A DNA stretch of 64,000 bases from Rhina ancylostomus (taxonomy: Eukaryota): contig JARFYF010000084.1 of NCBI GenBank assembly GCA_030265395.1, positions 105,317,706-105,381,705 of the forward strand, read 5' to 3'. This document shows positions 11,511 through 24,994 of this stretch, piece after piece. Within the stretch, counting starts at the first letter, position 1. Every line of letters begins with the position of its first letter. The notes under the pieces were generated by a model. That model worked only from the letters and a program-made list of their open reading frames with translations, had not been told where the DNA came from and searched no databases. The translations under genes were made by a program, and so were the position numbers.

Positions 11511-14500
11511 AAATCAATATTTATAATCTCCCCTCTTGGTACATCCCTGAGCTGGGTATAAGAATCACTGCTCTAAAATACAAAGAGAGCATAAAGTGGA
11601 GGATATTGGCTAATAGTTTAAAAATGTGTTTATCTAAACACATGATAATATTAAGAACCACTACTCTGAAAAATTGTTTAATGCAGTCCTTCCTTGAAGT
11701 GCCTTCTGATAATAGTAAGAAGGGCCAAGCAGTACAAGAGTTGGCAGTACCATGGATCAAACTTGAGGAGTAACCTTGCTGCCTTAAGTGATATCCAAGC
11801 CTCATCAGAAGTGACTTGTAAGCAGCATCCAGATTTTTTTCTGTTTTGACATTGCAACCAAACTGCTGGGTGCATTAGTATCAAAAACAGTACTGTACTA
11901 TTGGATTAATGGACATACTGCTCACATGATAGTGGGTTTCAGGTGATTTTGATCCCCTCTCGACAGCTTTGCCAACTTATAGTAGATTCTGAACATACAT
12001 GACTTACAGAACTGATGAGACCACCAACCATGAATCCAATACCCTTACCTGCACTCAGGTCTCTGATTTTGATCCAAAATCTAACATAAATCTGAAATCC
12101 ATGCTTTCCTGTTCTGGCTTTTTCATTCTATGGTTTATCAAAGCACTGTACACTTTAAAACAAGTTATTTGAACAACATTCTGACATGGTAACCAAGAGA
12201 AGATAAGGGGATGCTTCAAAATCAGTTCTGTGGAGTGAAGCAACAAATGCTCGTTGACCATACACAGGAGTAGTATTCCTCTATGACATTTCCACTTTGA
12301 GACTACATAAGTTCCTGTATATTTTTTACCTATTGAAACCGTAAACCACAAGGGAAAATAATTTATCCTCTCACTGTCTATACATCATTAAAAAGCATGC
12401 AATCCAATGGGCATGTGGAGATTTGAAGCAGTGAAATTGAGAGCTTAAGAATTTAAATCATTCACAGCTTTGACATCTAACATTTACAAAAACAAAGTGT
12501 AGTTTACAAGTTTCTCAGTGAGATTTCTATAGATCAAACATAATAATGAACTTGTGTTTGTGTGAGATTCAGCACTATGCATAAAGTACAGCAGAAATAT
12601 TACAGACAGACTGATTTAAAACATATTTAAAATAAAGTCAGTTGGCAATGTAACTGGGAACTACTTCCCACTGATCTTTTTCCTTTAGGGCAGTAAGGAA
12701 AGACTGCCAAATATTTAACATATGAGCTGCCCAACCACAGCAGGTTTTTAGCTAGCTAGTTGTGTTTGAAATCAAAAGGTGCAAAGAAATGGCTTTCATT
12801 AATAGATCATAGGCATCCTTACCCTACTTCAGATGAAAAGGACCCTAGTCTGATGCCTAAACCATTATAAATTGCTGCTCAATTGATTTTTAACACAGGA
12901 GGTAGTGGTCTCCTTTGATTATCTTAAACATTTATCTCTTCTCTTTTTGTTCTATGTTTAAATATCCCACTGTTTCATGTCCAATATTAAGGACCATGAA
13001 ACAGTTGCTCATTGCTTTTCTATCTGTTACAGGGGGTAATTTTGACTTTGGGTAGGTGTTAAATTGATATTGGCAAATGAATGGTCTCTCTGTTTCTCTG
13101 AGGACACTGTTTGGGTAACTTAGAAACTGTTATGTTGCTTGAAGTTGATATAATAATTCCTGTGAGTTTAAGTACACCTAAGAAGAAACAGGAGAACTGG
13201 AATTCTCCTGAACTCAAAAGATGAGTAAAAATCCAGCTGAAACAATAGTGCTATATCAAACTGCATAAATATAAACTGAAAATATTTCCAACCAGTCAAG
13301 GAAAATGACTGCAGTGAGTCTAGCTCAGCTGAGAAAATTAGATACTTCATTTACCTGAAAGCAATAGTTCCAGACTTTCAAAATGGGGGTTAATAAAAAA
13401 AATCCCATAGATGATGCTGAAACATCTAGATTATGTTCCATTGATTGCTGCTTTGAGTGCAGACCCAACCGTTTTAAGGTGCTTCTAATATATAAATAAC
13501 CTGATTTGCTTCTTTCGCACTGGTGAAGGGGTTAACTCAAATATCAGAACCTGACTTCAATGATCACAAGATGGCAATGAGTTACACCCAGCCTCTTACC
13601 AGCCCACCAACTGTGCCAGAAGCCTTCTCACCCACCTACTGAAGGTCCATCTACCAGCCATGACTCTGGTTAATGATGGGGCTGCTTGCCANNNNNNNNN
13701 NNNNNNNNNNNNNNNNNNNNNNNNNNNNNNNNNNNNNNNNNNNNNNNNNNNNNNNNNNNNNNNNNNNNNNNNNNNNNNNNNNNNNNNNNNNACCTTGCCA
13801 TGTAGACGAAGACTAGCTGGACAGGGAAGCATTCCAGCCCTTTCTGGCTCACATGCAATGCTCTATTAATAACAACTGCTGTATCTGGCAGCTTCTACCT
13901 CTCTTTAGCTGCTGAATTTCCCCAACCCTGGAAAACTCCAGGAGCCAGTGTTAAACTTAAGTGACTGCCAAAATCTAAAGAACAGCGCCTTGTTAACATT
14001 GTATAATTGCAGACCTAGTTCTCCAAAGTGGATAACTTGTACGCCCACAAAAAGGCTGCAGTTGAACCAGAAGAAGATATGTTCAGAGTAGGTTAGGGTG
14101 CAGTTCAATATACTTACCAACTAAATACAAATCCCACCTATTTGTAGGGAGTTAAAAAGATATCCATATATGGGGTGTAGAAAATGGAAGCAGACGGAAA
14201 ACTAATCAATGACAGCCTACTTGCTTGGCAGCCTGAATGATCCAGATAAAGACAATATCCCAAAAAATATTGTTATTTTTTGATCAGTCAACTTATATGA
14301 GATGAGAGACTGTTGAGGGTACGAAATTTCAGCTTCAGGTCCATCAGATACCAAGTTAGAGTCAAGTGCCTTCTCAAGGCCACTGATGGGAGGCTCAAAG
14401 CATCAACAAGTTTAGCAAGCTGGCCTTTAACCCTGACAATTTTGGCAGTAGTAAATTGGCCACCTTCTAAGACAAAAACAGGCTGATAAAGGCCTGAAGA

Positions 14501-15344
14501 ATTTTGCGAAGCCAGGAATACACATATTATATAAAAACACTATTTCTGTACTATTTCTGAATTTTCCCCCTAAAATTATACTGGTAAATATGGCTTTAAT
14601 TGTAAAGTTCTCTTTGGCATTACAAAATCAGCAAAGATGCTCATTAATGCAATTCTTTGTAAGTAATTTCATAACTAGCATTTACACATCTGAATAACTT
14701 TTTTGTAGGAAAACGATGCACTCATTTAAAGCTCCCATAAAAAAGATAGATATCAAAGTTTTGCCAAATTTCTGTCCGCCTTTTATTTGGTTTTACATTT
14801 TAATATTTCTAAAATTCCAGCTCTTGTGATAAATTTAATGCAAACATGCTGCCACAAAATCTTTTAATTTTGCATCTTTATTGTCTTCTGTTGAGCTACT
14901 CCCTAACACTTCCCTGGAGCTTTCATGTAACAACTGGGCAGACTACACATTCACCATGTCCACTTGTTCTTAATTGCCCATAAATGCAATTGCATAATGG
15001 TGTTTTTCAATGTTACACAAAACAATTGACTACTTCAAAGTGAAATGCAATAATGACCAGTTTGGAGTTGCTTTGTGTCACTCATTAAATTTGACTGGAT
15101 ATTTCCTGGTATGAGCCACGCTTCTGCGCTGATGTTACTCCTGCAATGGGGGAACATAGAATTGTTCTAACATAGTATTCTCTAACTATGATTAATAATT
15201 CTTCTGTGGGAATGCAGACCACCTGGTTAAAGGCACCTTGAAAATTGAGAGATATCAAATCTACATCTGCCCTTGTGTGTTATTCCCATTGTTCTGGGGA
15301 TGGCCGTTGTTGGGCACTCTTGGTAAAACACAAATAGCAGACAA

Positions 15345-15535
15345 AAACTGCAGAAGATGGAAAGCTAAAACAAAAACAGAAGATGTGGAAATTCTCAGCT
15401 GGTCAGACCGCTTCGATGGGAAGAGAAACAAGAGTCCATGTTTCAGGTCAGAGACCCTTTGATGTTGCCTGACCTGCTGAGCACTTTTGGCATTTTTCTG
15501 TTTTAGTTTTAGATTTCCAGCACCTGCAGTTTTTT
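15345..15535. mobile_element. Penelope-derived palindromic non-autonomous element
   Basis: Imperfect inverted arms ctgcag...aaaacaaaaacagaagatg...ctcagctggtcag and ctgacctgctgag...tttctgttttagttttag...ctgcag. Confidence 0.65.
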
Positions 15536-16974
15536 CTGAATTTCACTTATTTGTTGAACTTGCTGCTACTTCCCTTCCAGAAGTGCTTAATTGAAAGAAG
15601 TTCTATTCTGCTCTCCAATGCTCTCCAATCTATTCTGTCTGTTCAACCTCTGTGGTGCCTCTTCCCCTTCTTGTTTTTGATAAGTTGTTGACCAAAACTT
15701 GCTTCCACAGCCGTATCTCATTCCTTGGCAGATGCTTCTGACTTCAACTTGTCCCACATGGATTCCAACTCAAGTTTCGTCCTTCACAATTCAGACCCAC
15801 CCAGAATCACAGGTCTGTTCAAACTACCCAACATCTCCCAAGTCACTGTTCCCTTCGCATCCTCAGATCCACATTCAATGCCATGTGTCTGTACATGCAT
15901 CCTCTTGACCTCCCTCTCAAACAACATTGACTTGATGTTGAACTCTTCTTCTGCTGCCCCAGTCTCCAAGCCAGGAGCCTTCACCCAAAACTGTGGACCC
16001 TTTCACCCATCTTCTGGAAAAACGTGGTCTTATCCATACAATGTTGAACTGGGTTATTCACCAGATGAATGAATTACTTATTTTTATGTTTTGAGCTCTA
16101 TCCACACCCTCCCTCACCAACCTTGATTAGCCCTTGATCTCCCGCTCCTCCCACCACCAATCCTATCCATTGAAAATCCTGCTCCTATATATCCTCTTCC
16201 CTGTCACTGACTACCATTCCCTGACTTCCGTCCTTCAAAACCTGACAGCCCCAGTCCCCAGTTACGTGATTTACCTCCTACCCTGAACTGCTAGCCTCCC
16301 AATTCACCTTGCCGATCAAACTATGTCCCTCAAGCTTCTAACATGCTGGTCTTCAGGTGCAAGGAAAGTTTTCAATAAAGGGTCAATGACCAAAACCAAC
16401 AGAAAGCCAGAATTTCTATGCAAATGTCCTTAATTATGTTCATGAATACCATGAATACAATGTTATGTACTCACAAAACTCTATTGTGTCTTCTCTGATC
16501 GGACACAAATCACATCTTGAATGCATATTTGGGCCTGATAATGTAGCTATGAATGAGTTTTGATTATTCTATTGGCAATAATTATAATATTGTCAGTTTT
16601 ATTAATGAATTTGGTTTAAATTAGATTTTCATTTCTTATGGTTCACACATATAGCATGACCTGTACTGTTGTATTAAATAAGTGAATGACTGGATAACTT
16701 GAGAGTATAGATAATCCTGCAACTTTTGAGTTTGTCACATATGAAAGATGCTTGACCAACCAATAAATATAAATATGAAGAAAGAACAAAAAGAAACATG
16801 ATTTTATTTAAAAGAACAATGAAAAATGTTGGAAATATCATGGTATTTGAAGAATAGAAAAATAAATCTTAATTAAACCCAACTGATTTTCTGCTGTTTT
16901 ATATCATTTTTTTGTTATGTTGTGAAGCATTTATAATAGGTATCACTGTCTTATAAAGCAATCAAGTTGTGCAT

Positions 16975-18050
16975 CAACATTTCAGAATAATATGGGTGTT
17001 ATAAGCCTTACATCAGAGGTGAGTCTTACGTTAGTGGTAGGGAATTATTGGAAAAAATTCTAAGGGATGGGATTTATGTACATTTACATAAATGTATATG
17101 TACATAGGGGGGCATAGGTTTAGGGTGAGAGCTGAAAGATTTAAAAGGCACCTGAGGGCCAATGTTTTCACATAGAGGGTGGTGAGTATATGGAACGAGC
17201 TGCTAGAGGAAGTGGTTGAGGCAGGTACAATAGTATCATTTAAGAAGCACTTGGACAGGTATATGGAGGGGCGGGGCTTGGAGGGATATGGGCCGAATGC
17301 AGGAAATTGGGACTAGCTGGGTTGGCACCATGGTCAGTATGAACAGGTTGGGCCGAAGGGCCTGTATCTGTGCGGTATTGCTCTATGACTCTATTGAATC
17401 TTATCCTGACAAGTGTGAGGTGAGGCATTTTGCGAAGTCAAAGAGGGACAGGACATGCACAGTAAATGGTAGGGCATTAAGGAACAGGAGTAAGGCATGG
17501 AGTAAAGCAGTTGGGACATTATGTTGCAGCTTTGCAGAGCACTGGTTGGGCAACACCTGGTGTGATTCTGGTCACCACACTGTCATGGGGAGAGTGCAGG
17601 CTCGACTCACCAGGATGTTACCTTGTGAGGAAGACTTTGCTTGTGAGGGGGTGGGGTACAATTAGATGGGCTGGGCTTGCTTTCCTTGGAGTGAAGGAGG
17701 CTGGTAGAAGTTCATGCGATTATTACAGGCAAAGATCAAGTGGATAGTCAAAGTCTTTGTCCCATTCTACGGGGTATCAAACACAAGAAGGCAAAGATTG
17801 ACGTTGAAAGCAAGGAGTTTTAAAAGGAATCTGAGGGATGGTTTTGTTTTACACAGAGTGTGGTTGTTATCTGGAACTCACTGCCAGAGAAGGTGGTGGA
17901 GTCAGGTACATTTAAGAGGCATTTAGACAGAGACTTAAATAGGTAAGGCACAGATAGATATGGTCCTAATGCGGGCAAATGGGATTGGTGTAGATGGGCA
18001 AAAGGCCCTGTGGTAGACTGAAGGGGCTGTGCCATACAGCTCTGTGACTA
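16975..18050 (+). mobile_element. Cluster of three CR1 fragments (about 16975-17085, 17105-17395, 17395-18050)
   Basis: YKP...VSLTLVVG; GHRFRVR...WNELLEEVVEAG...FKKHLD with tail; KCEVRHF...FKRHLD with tail. Confidence 0.85.
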
Positions 18051-18237
18051 AGCATTTTCCTTAACATGACCTCCTTTGCATCACTGCAGCTGTATGGAAT
18101 AACAGTCAAGTGGAATAATGAAAGCAACACCTCAGTCATCACTTTACTATTAGTTCTACTACAAAATATTTTAATCCAAGACTGCACATCCAAGGCAAAA
18201 CCTATTCACAATTCATTTACCTGTGGGGTTGTTATAA

Positions 18238-18520
18238 AGAGTGGTGCAGCAGTAGAGGCATCAGCCTTTTAGCTCTAGTGACCCAGGTTATGTCTGTGTG
18301 GAGTTTGCATGCTTCCCCTGGTTCTTTGATTTCCTCCCACATCCCAAAGGCATGCAGGTTGTTAGGATAATTGGCCACTGTGAGTTGCCCCTAGTGTAGG
18401 TAGGTAGTAGAATTCATGGGAATATATGGTGAATAAGTTACAGGGAAAATTAGTGTTGGAATGGGATTGCACCGTGAGCTGGCTTAACTTGATGGGCCAA
18501 AGAGCCTCCTCTGATATTCT
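18238..18520 (+). mobile_element. Older V-type (HE1-like) SINE
   Basis: tgtctgtgtggagtttgcatg...ttcctcccacatcccaaagg...attggccactgtgagttgccc...gatgggccaaagagcct. Confidence 0.75.
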
Positions 18521-19989
18521 AAGGGAATAGAACATGTTTCACAGCACCAAAAAAGGAATTAACTTTGGCTCTATTAGCTTTCCCACGAAATGCATCTTAA
18601 CCAGCATGGCATACACATTTTTCTATACCCAAGAATGAATAGAATTCACCCATACTTGTAACAGGCTAATTATGTAGTCAACTTCATTTATAACATGCCA
18701 AACACATCCTCTGCACCTAATCAATTTCCTCCTGAACCTCTGTTTCTCTTCAAACACTTCAGGTTAAGGATAGACATGTGCAATTTTTTTCCCCTATATA
18801 TAGATACCAATATTTGCTAAACAAAATGAATGATGACATGCAAAAATAAATCACCTGACAAACGCAGAATCTCCAGAGAATATAATTGACTGTGGTAACT
18901 GCGCTGCCAAAAAGGGAATAATGAAAGCTATGTTTCAGGGATTACATTAATATTAAGTCCACCATAAAACAGTTTAACGCAAGACTACATATGTAAGGCA
19001 AAAGCTATCCATGATATCTTTACCTGGGGAGCTATTAGAAATCTGTATCATTGTAAAGCTGAATTGACTTTGGCCTTACGTGCTGTATTTTAGCATGAAG
19101 CTGGAAAATGTAATTTTAATTGGGCTGAGACACTGTGCCTTTGGATATTCAAATACCCCACGCATGTTTTTGCTATCCTGGCAGATATTATCCTCTTAAT
19201 AAGATGAACAGAGAATGTAGAAAAGTATATGGCTTGTAAACAACATAATAGCACACTTTCAGAAATCCACATGCATCTCATTAACTATTTATTCACTATG
19301 TTCCATTTTAATCTCTCTCACATTTGATATCTATCTTCCTGAATTATTTTGTGTTGAAAAAGAAATCTTGCTTTCTGTTTGAGAGGGTAAGGCATAATAA
19401 ATGAAATTATGGGGGATGGGAAACACAAGAACTCTGCAATGTAATTTAGTTTTCTGTTAGTATAGTTGCGATCAATCACGTCAGCAAAGTTGAATTGCAG
19501 AGGACTGTACTATCAAAAGTCTATTATATAATCCATTCCAGAAAGTTAAAATAAATTCAGTCCTTGAACATTCACAGATCATTCCTACAAAAACATTTAA
19601 GATTTGATGCATTTAATTATGAAATCCAAACGTCAAGACAAATAAAATTATGACTTTTTAAGGATAGTGGAAGTGTTTGCATGATAAATAACTTATTTGA
19701 AGGATTATATTTGAATTGCTTTGCCTCTCTGGGGCAGATATTACATCTTTGTGTAGTGTGGCACTACCATCTTGCTAAATGGGACAGACCACAAAATCTA
19801 GGAATTGAGAATGGGGCACTGATGAGGTGCTGTGGGCAATGAACAGCTGCCCAGAATCATCATACACTATCACAGTATGTAACCAGCACATTTCTAACCG
19901 CTCCTTCACTGACTTGTGGGTTTGGTTGAATGTAGAAGAGCAAACCAGGTACCAATACAGATTCTACCTTGGAGTAAGGTACAAACTCA

Positions 19990-20580
19990 TTGAAGTTATT
20001 ATACAGAGCACCTTGCACAATGAACAGGAGGCTACACCAGGCAAGATTGTTTCATCACATCCTACACACACAGGTGCAATATTACTCCAAAATGTCGTTA
20101 TGATTCAAGATGAAGTAATTCACTGGTTGATGGCCCAACACCCCAGTATCTGCCTCTTCCATTACCAAAACTCTGTGGCTGCATACTTTATAATTCAAAA
20201 GATGTACTCCACTATTTCATTAAAGTTACTGTAATATGATCTCTTTTAACTTGGGCTTCTACAACAAAGGACAAAATGAAAACAGAAAATGCTGAGTACT
20301 TCTATCCTTTGTTTATATCTCAGATTTCCAGCATCTGCAGTTTTCTTGCTCTCTATATAAACAAGTAGTTTGAGGATGACTCCACTGCCAAGATCTCCTT
20401 GTACAAGGCATGGATCCACCCTACTTGGACAACCCTCATTCTGGAATTCCTATATGTGACTACAGCTGGAGCACCATTAGCTCAAGAGCTCCAGCACTTC
20501 AAGGCAGACCTCCCTGATGGGCAATAAATACAATGTTAGGAGCAATGCTCATACTCTTAATACAAATAAAAGAAAAATCA
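19990..20580 (+). mobile_element. Highly decayed non-LTR retrotransposon 3' end, with a short palindromic element inserted near 20275-20350
   Basis: Tail gatgggcaataaat...aataaaagaaaa resembles motifs at 42910 and, inverted, at 54190-54250. Clade not determined. Confidence 0.4.
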
Positions 20581-20940
20581 TTGAACCATATAATTTTATA
20601 GCATTGATAAAAGCAATTTGTTATATTGTATTTAGGGTGCATTCCAAAAATAAACTCACTGCTCCATTTTTTTCTGATAACCCCGTATCCTTCGCTGCTT
20701 AAATGCTTCCCCCTAAAAGGTTTTCACAATGGCCTCTGCCTCATTTATTGTTTGTGGCAAAGCATTCATTACTCTTAACGAAATGAAAATTCCCCTACCC
20801 CATCACTTCGCTTAAGTTACAAGTTTCACTTGATGTCTGTCCGCTGGCTAGACAAGCAGATTAACTAATCCTTTCTGACTCACACCATAATTTAAAATAA
20901 AGTATAATTCGATGGTGGTATAGTGGTACAGACGATATAG

Positions 20941-21011
20941 GTGATGGTGGTATAGTGGTGAGATAGCTGCCTTCCAAGCAGTTGACTTGGGGTCAATTCC
21001 CAGCCATCGCA
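20941..21011 (+). pseudogene. tRNA-Gly(TCC) pseudogene or tRNA-derived sequence
   Basis: gtgatggtggtatagtggtgagatagctgccttccaagcagttgacttggggtcaattcccagccatcgca closely follows vertebrate tRNA-Gly-TCC. The acceptor stem GTGATGG/CCATCGC and the anticodon arm ctgc-cttccaa-gcag are intact. One D-arm base is missing and the T-loop is mutated (GGTCAAT for GTTCGAT). Confidence 0.85.
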
Positions 21012-21021
21012 GGTCACAGAG

Positions 21022-21330
21022 TTTTAGTAGTGCAGTGGTTAGCATAACGCTATTACAGCGCCAGCAACCTGGGTTCAATTCTGGCCGCCGTCTGTAAGCA
21101 GTTTGTACATTCTTCCCATGACTGCATGGGTTTCCTCCGGGTGCTCCAGTTTCCTCCCACATTCCAAAGACGTACGGGTTAGGAAGTTGTGGGTGTGCTA
21201 TGTNNNNNNNNNNNNNNNNNNNAAGCGTGGCGACACTTGCGGGCTGCCCCCAGAACATTCGATGCAGAAGATGCATTTCACTGTCTGTTTCGAGGTACAT
21301 GTGACTAATAAAGAAATCTCATCTCTTATC
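21022..21330 (+). mobile_element. V-type SINE (Rex-like tail)
   Basis: Colinear with 3379-3681; small internal N gap. Confidence 0.9.
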
Positions 21331-22093
21331 TTAATTCCCCCCCAAAATATACCTACTTCAGTCTCAGTATCTTGCTTTTTTCATATCTGGACCTTCTTAT
21401 CCCTGATATCTCCAGTTTTAAGCAAAACCTCCCCATCTCAAATTCATGTGGGACTGGTACCTGCTACAATGAAATGCAGGTCTGATGTTATCAAGAAAGA
21501 GAATCGCCCAATAGGTTAACCGTTGAGCCTTTCAATGTGAAAGTGATCACAATTTGCTGGAAACAAGAACAGCAGGAGGAGGATGCTAGATGTCAACTAA
21601 GTTGTGAGATTTGGGTTACCACATACTATGAATTTTACAACTATTCTTCTTGGTAGTATATAAGGGCAGTTCTCTAAAATTGTCCTTCGGTTTAGTTTGA
21701 TCTAAAGAAGCAGCAGAAGCATGGCATAATTTTGATTTATATCACTGTGTAAAACTATTGATAGAGAACCAATATTAACTGCAATGGAAATGAAAATCCT
21801 AAAACCGCTTATTTCCCATAACTCACTGTTTACTAGTCAAAGCAACAGCCTGGTTCAGTTGCATATTAAGATTCTTTTCTTGGTTCTTATAATTTTTGAC
21901 TTCCTGGAGAAATAAATGATATATGTCTATCACACAATTATATCCTGTGGTCTCTCATGGAGTTTTAGGTTACCTCCAAGGCCTGAAGTGGGAATATAAT
22001 GATTCCTATGGGGAAAATACAAGAAACACACTGCCCTAACCTAGTTATTTATGCTGACTGTACATTGACGGGTACACCATACCGGACAATGCT

Positions 22094-22382
22094 AAGATAT
22101 CTTTATTTGTCACATGTATATTGAAACACACAGTGAAATGCATCTTTTTGCTTTGAGTGCTCTGGGGGCAGCCTGCAAGTGTCGCCACACTTCTGGCACC
22201 AACATAGCATGCCCACAACTTCCTGACCCGTATGTCTTTGCAATGTGGGAGGAAACTGGAGCACCTGGAGGAAACCCACGCAGACACGGGGAGAACGTAC
22301 AAACTCCTTACAGACAACGGCCGGAATTGAACCCGGATCACTGCCGCTGTAATATCATTACGCTAACTGCTACACTACCGCA
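22094..22382 (-). mobile_element. V-type SINE (Rex-like tail)
   Basis: Reverse complement of the 3379/21022 family. Confidence 0.9.
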
Positions 22383-22879
22383 CCTGACCTACATATACTA
22401 AACACGTATCTTTTAAGTGGTTCACGTTTGTTGGTGAAGATGTCATACTTGTCTTAAGTGTGGAAACATGGCAGCTAATGAGTGCCTGAGAGAATTTCAC
22501 ACCATGCTGTTTCTGCTACCCATATTTATTCAGCAGCTTACAAAATACTGCAGGGTTGGAAAATTCCATTCAACTCTCCTTAAATGTTCCTAAGGAATTT
22601 GTAAGTTGTTGTTAAAGGCAGAAAAGAAATAACTTTTCAGTTTCTCTCCATTCAAGCTAGAAAACAGTAAGAGTGCAATAATTTAAATACCCCAAAATGT
22701 ATATCAGCTCCCACTTAGACACGTTGAGAAGGCAGATTTTAAACAGAGAATGTCAGGAAACCTAAAGCTGTTGAATGCAGAAAAGGAACAAACTAAGAAG
22801 CAGATATAAGCCTCGGTTTATTATTTCGATGACGGCAGCTGATTGTAATTATTAAAAGAATGGATCAGTGCACATGTGT

Positions 22880-23605
22880 CTAGAGTCATGGAATTATACA
22901 GCACAGAAACAGACCCTTCAGCCCAACCCATCCACCCTGACCAAGGAGTCTTCCTGAGCTAGTCCCATTTGCTTGCATTTGGCCCATATCCTTCTCAACC
23001 TTTCTTATCCAAGTACCTGTCCAAATATCTTTTACATTGTAATTTTACCTGCCTCTACCACTTCCTCTGGCAGCTCGTTCCATACACCCACCATCCTCTG
23101 CNNNNNNNNNNNNNNNNNNNNNNNNNNNNNNNNNNNNNNNNNNNNNNNNNNNNNNNNNNNNNNNNNNNNNNNNNNNNNNNNNNNNNNNNNNNNNNNNNNN
23201 NTACCTGCCTCTACCACTTCCTCTGGCAGCTCGTTCCATACACCCACCATCCTCTGCGTAAAAAGCTTACCCCTCAGATTCCCTTTAAATCTTTCTCCTC
23301 TCATCTTAAACCTCTGCCCTCTCATTTTAGACTTCCCTATGCTGGGAGAAAGACTGACAATCCATCTTATCTATGCCCCTCATGATTTCTGTCATACTCA
23401 GCCTCCTTTGCTCCAGGGAAGAAAAGGCTCAGCCTATCCAGTCTATCTTTATAACTCAAGCCCTCTAATCTCAGCAACATCCTTGAGAATCTTTTTTGCA
23501 CCCTCTCTAGCTTATTCACATCGTTCCTATAGTATGGCAACCAGAACTGTATACAATATTCCTGGTGCAGTCTCACCAACGTCTTGTATAGCTGTAACAT
23601 GACTG
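22880..23605 (-). mobile_element. CR1 LINE 3' fragment
   Basis: ORF-track peptides MLQLYKTLVRLHQEYCIQFW...LERVQKRF and RFKGNLRGKLFTQRMVGVWNELPEEVVEAG. Confidence 0.92.
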
Positions 23606-24994
23606 TTGTAACTGTGACTAAGTCACTGGAGAAACCGGAGAAATATAGTTTCTAAACTCTTGACATGAGCCATTAACTTTATTCACAGGATCAGGAATGC
23701 ACAGTCATCAATATCACATAGGCATTGTTTGCCACCTTGATGAATGCCATTTATGTATGCAGGCAGTCTTACCTGTCTTTTTTCTTACTGAAATAATAGC
23801 AACATTAATTAACATAAGCAGTTTGTACAGGGGTACAGCATGCAGTGATAAAATACTTTGTTGGCGGTATTAAACTCAAAGGTCTTTTTAAAGTAATTAT
23901 TTATTCACAGATGATTTTCTCTAATTGTAACCGCAAACTCATTTTTCAGTAGCCACCAATATCTTTCTCCAATATGGTACATTGATACAAACTAAATAAG
24001 TGCAACCTGTTAGGAGCATGAATGAATAACTGCAATACTTTCATGACGTTGGGGGAGGGATGGGGGGGCAGTGGAAGGAGAGTATTCAATGGAAGTCATC
24101 AAAAAGTTTGAGTTATGCAGATCCTTCTAAGAATAGGATCCACTGCAGCTCTCAATGTTAAAAGTACCCTGCTCAGTCAGAAGTCTTGTAAAAATACTTG
24201 CAGGTTTTTGACAAGTTGCTGGTAAGCCTTAACTAATTTTCACTAGTTATCTGATTTATCTCTCAGAAATTTGTTGCAAAATTAGAGTTCATTAACTTTA
24301 GCGAATAACTTTCAACAAGCATCTGAATTCAAAAATGATGTTGTTTCAGTGTGTGAACATTTCATAGCTAAAACGGAGAAAGTAATGTCATGATTTTGGA
24401 GTTAGGCTAATGTTGTCTTATAAATAAATATGGCTCTTACCAGTTCCCAATTACAAACATAAGGGGACACAGTGGCTCTACTGGAACACAACTGCCATGG
24501 AGGTATGACAAACTGTTGCAAGTACAAGAGCTGATATGAACAAATATCTTTTAAATTGCCTGCCCCGTCAACTTCTGCTCATTTACCCTTTTTTATATTA
24601 TTGTACTAGGGGAAAGAAACAACAGGTGCAAAAACGTTTTACCTTTATCAACGTTGTTGGCCACTGCTCTGACTCACACCAAATGTGTTGCTTTTGTTGT
24701 ATTTTTTTACTGTATCACTAAGAACAGGTTGGGGCCTTCCTTAAGCTCTAGTATTCACCGCACTTGCAATACAGACGTGATTAATTTGCCCCACATAGAA
24801 GGTGGAAAGAAAACAAAATTACCTTATGATTCTGCTTTGAGCTAGAACCTGTACCAGTGACAGTCTTTTGGGGTCCAAACAAAACTGCAATAGACCAGAA
24901 TAGTAGGTTTCAGAACCAGCTATTCACAAATTTATTGCAGATAAGAAAGGCCATTAGTTTTTAATCTGAGAGAGTTTAAATTACAAGAAATATC

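Noticed and set aside
13030-14160. Possible old non-autonomous DNA transposon
   Set aside because: I could not identify matching TIRs or a TSD by eye.
15690-16330. 115-aa ORF or L2 endonuclease remnant (SDFNL motif)
   Set aside because: Only one weak motif in C-rich sequence. It is probably old L2 debris, but I cannot support it.
20941-21011. Functional tRNA-Gly gene
   Set aside because: The T-loop/B-box is mutated, the D-arm has a deletion, and the T-stem is weakened.
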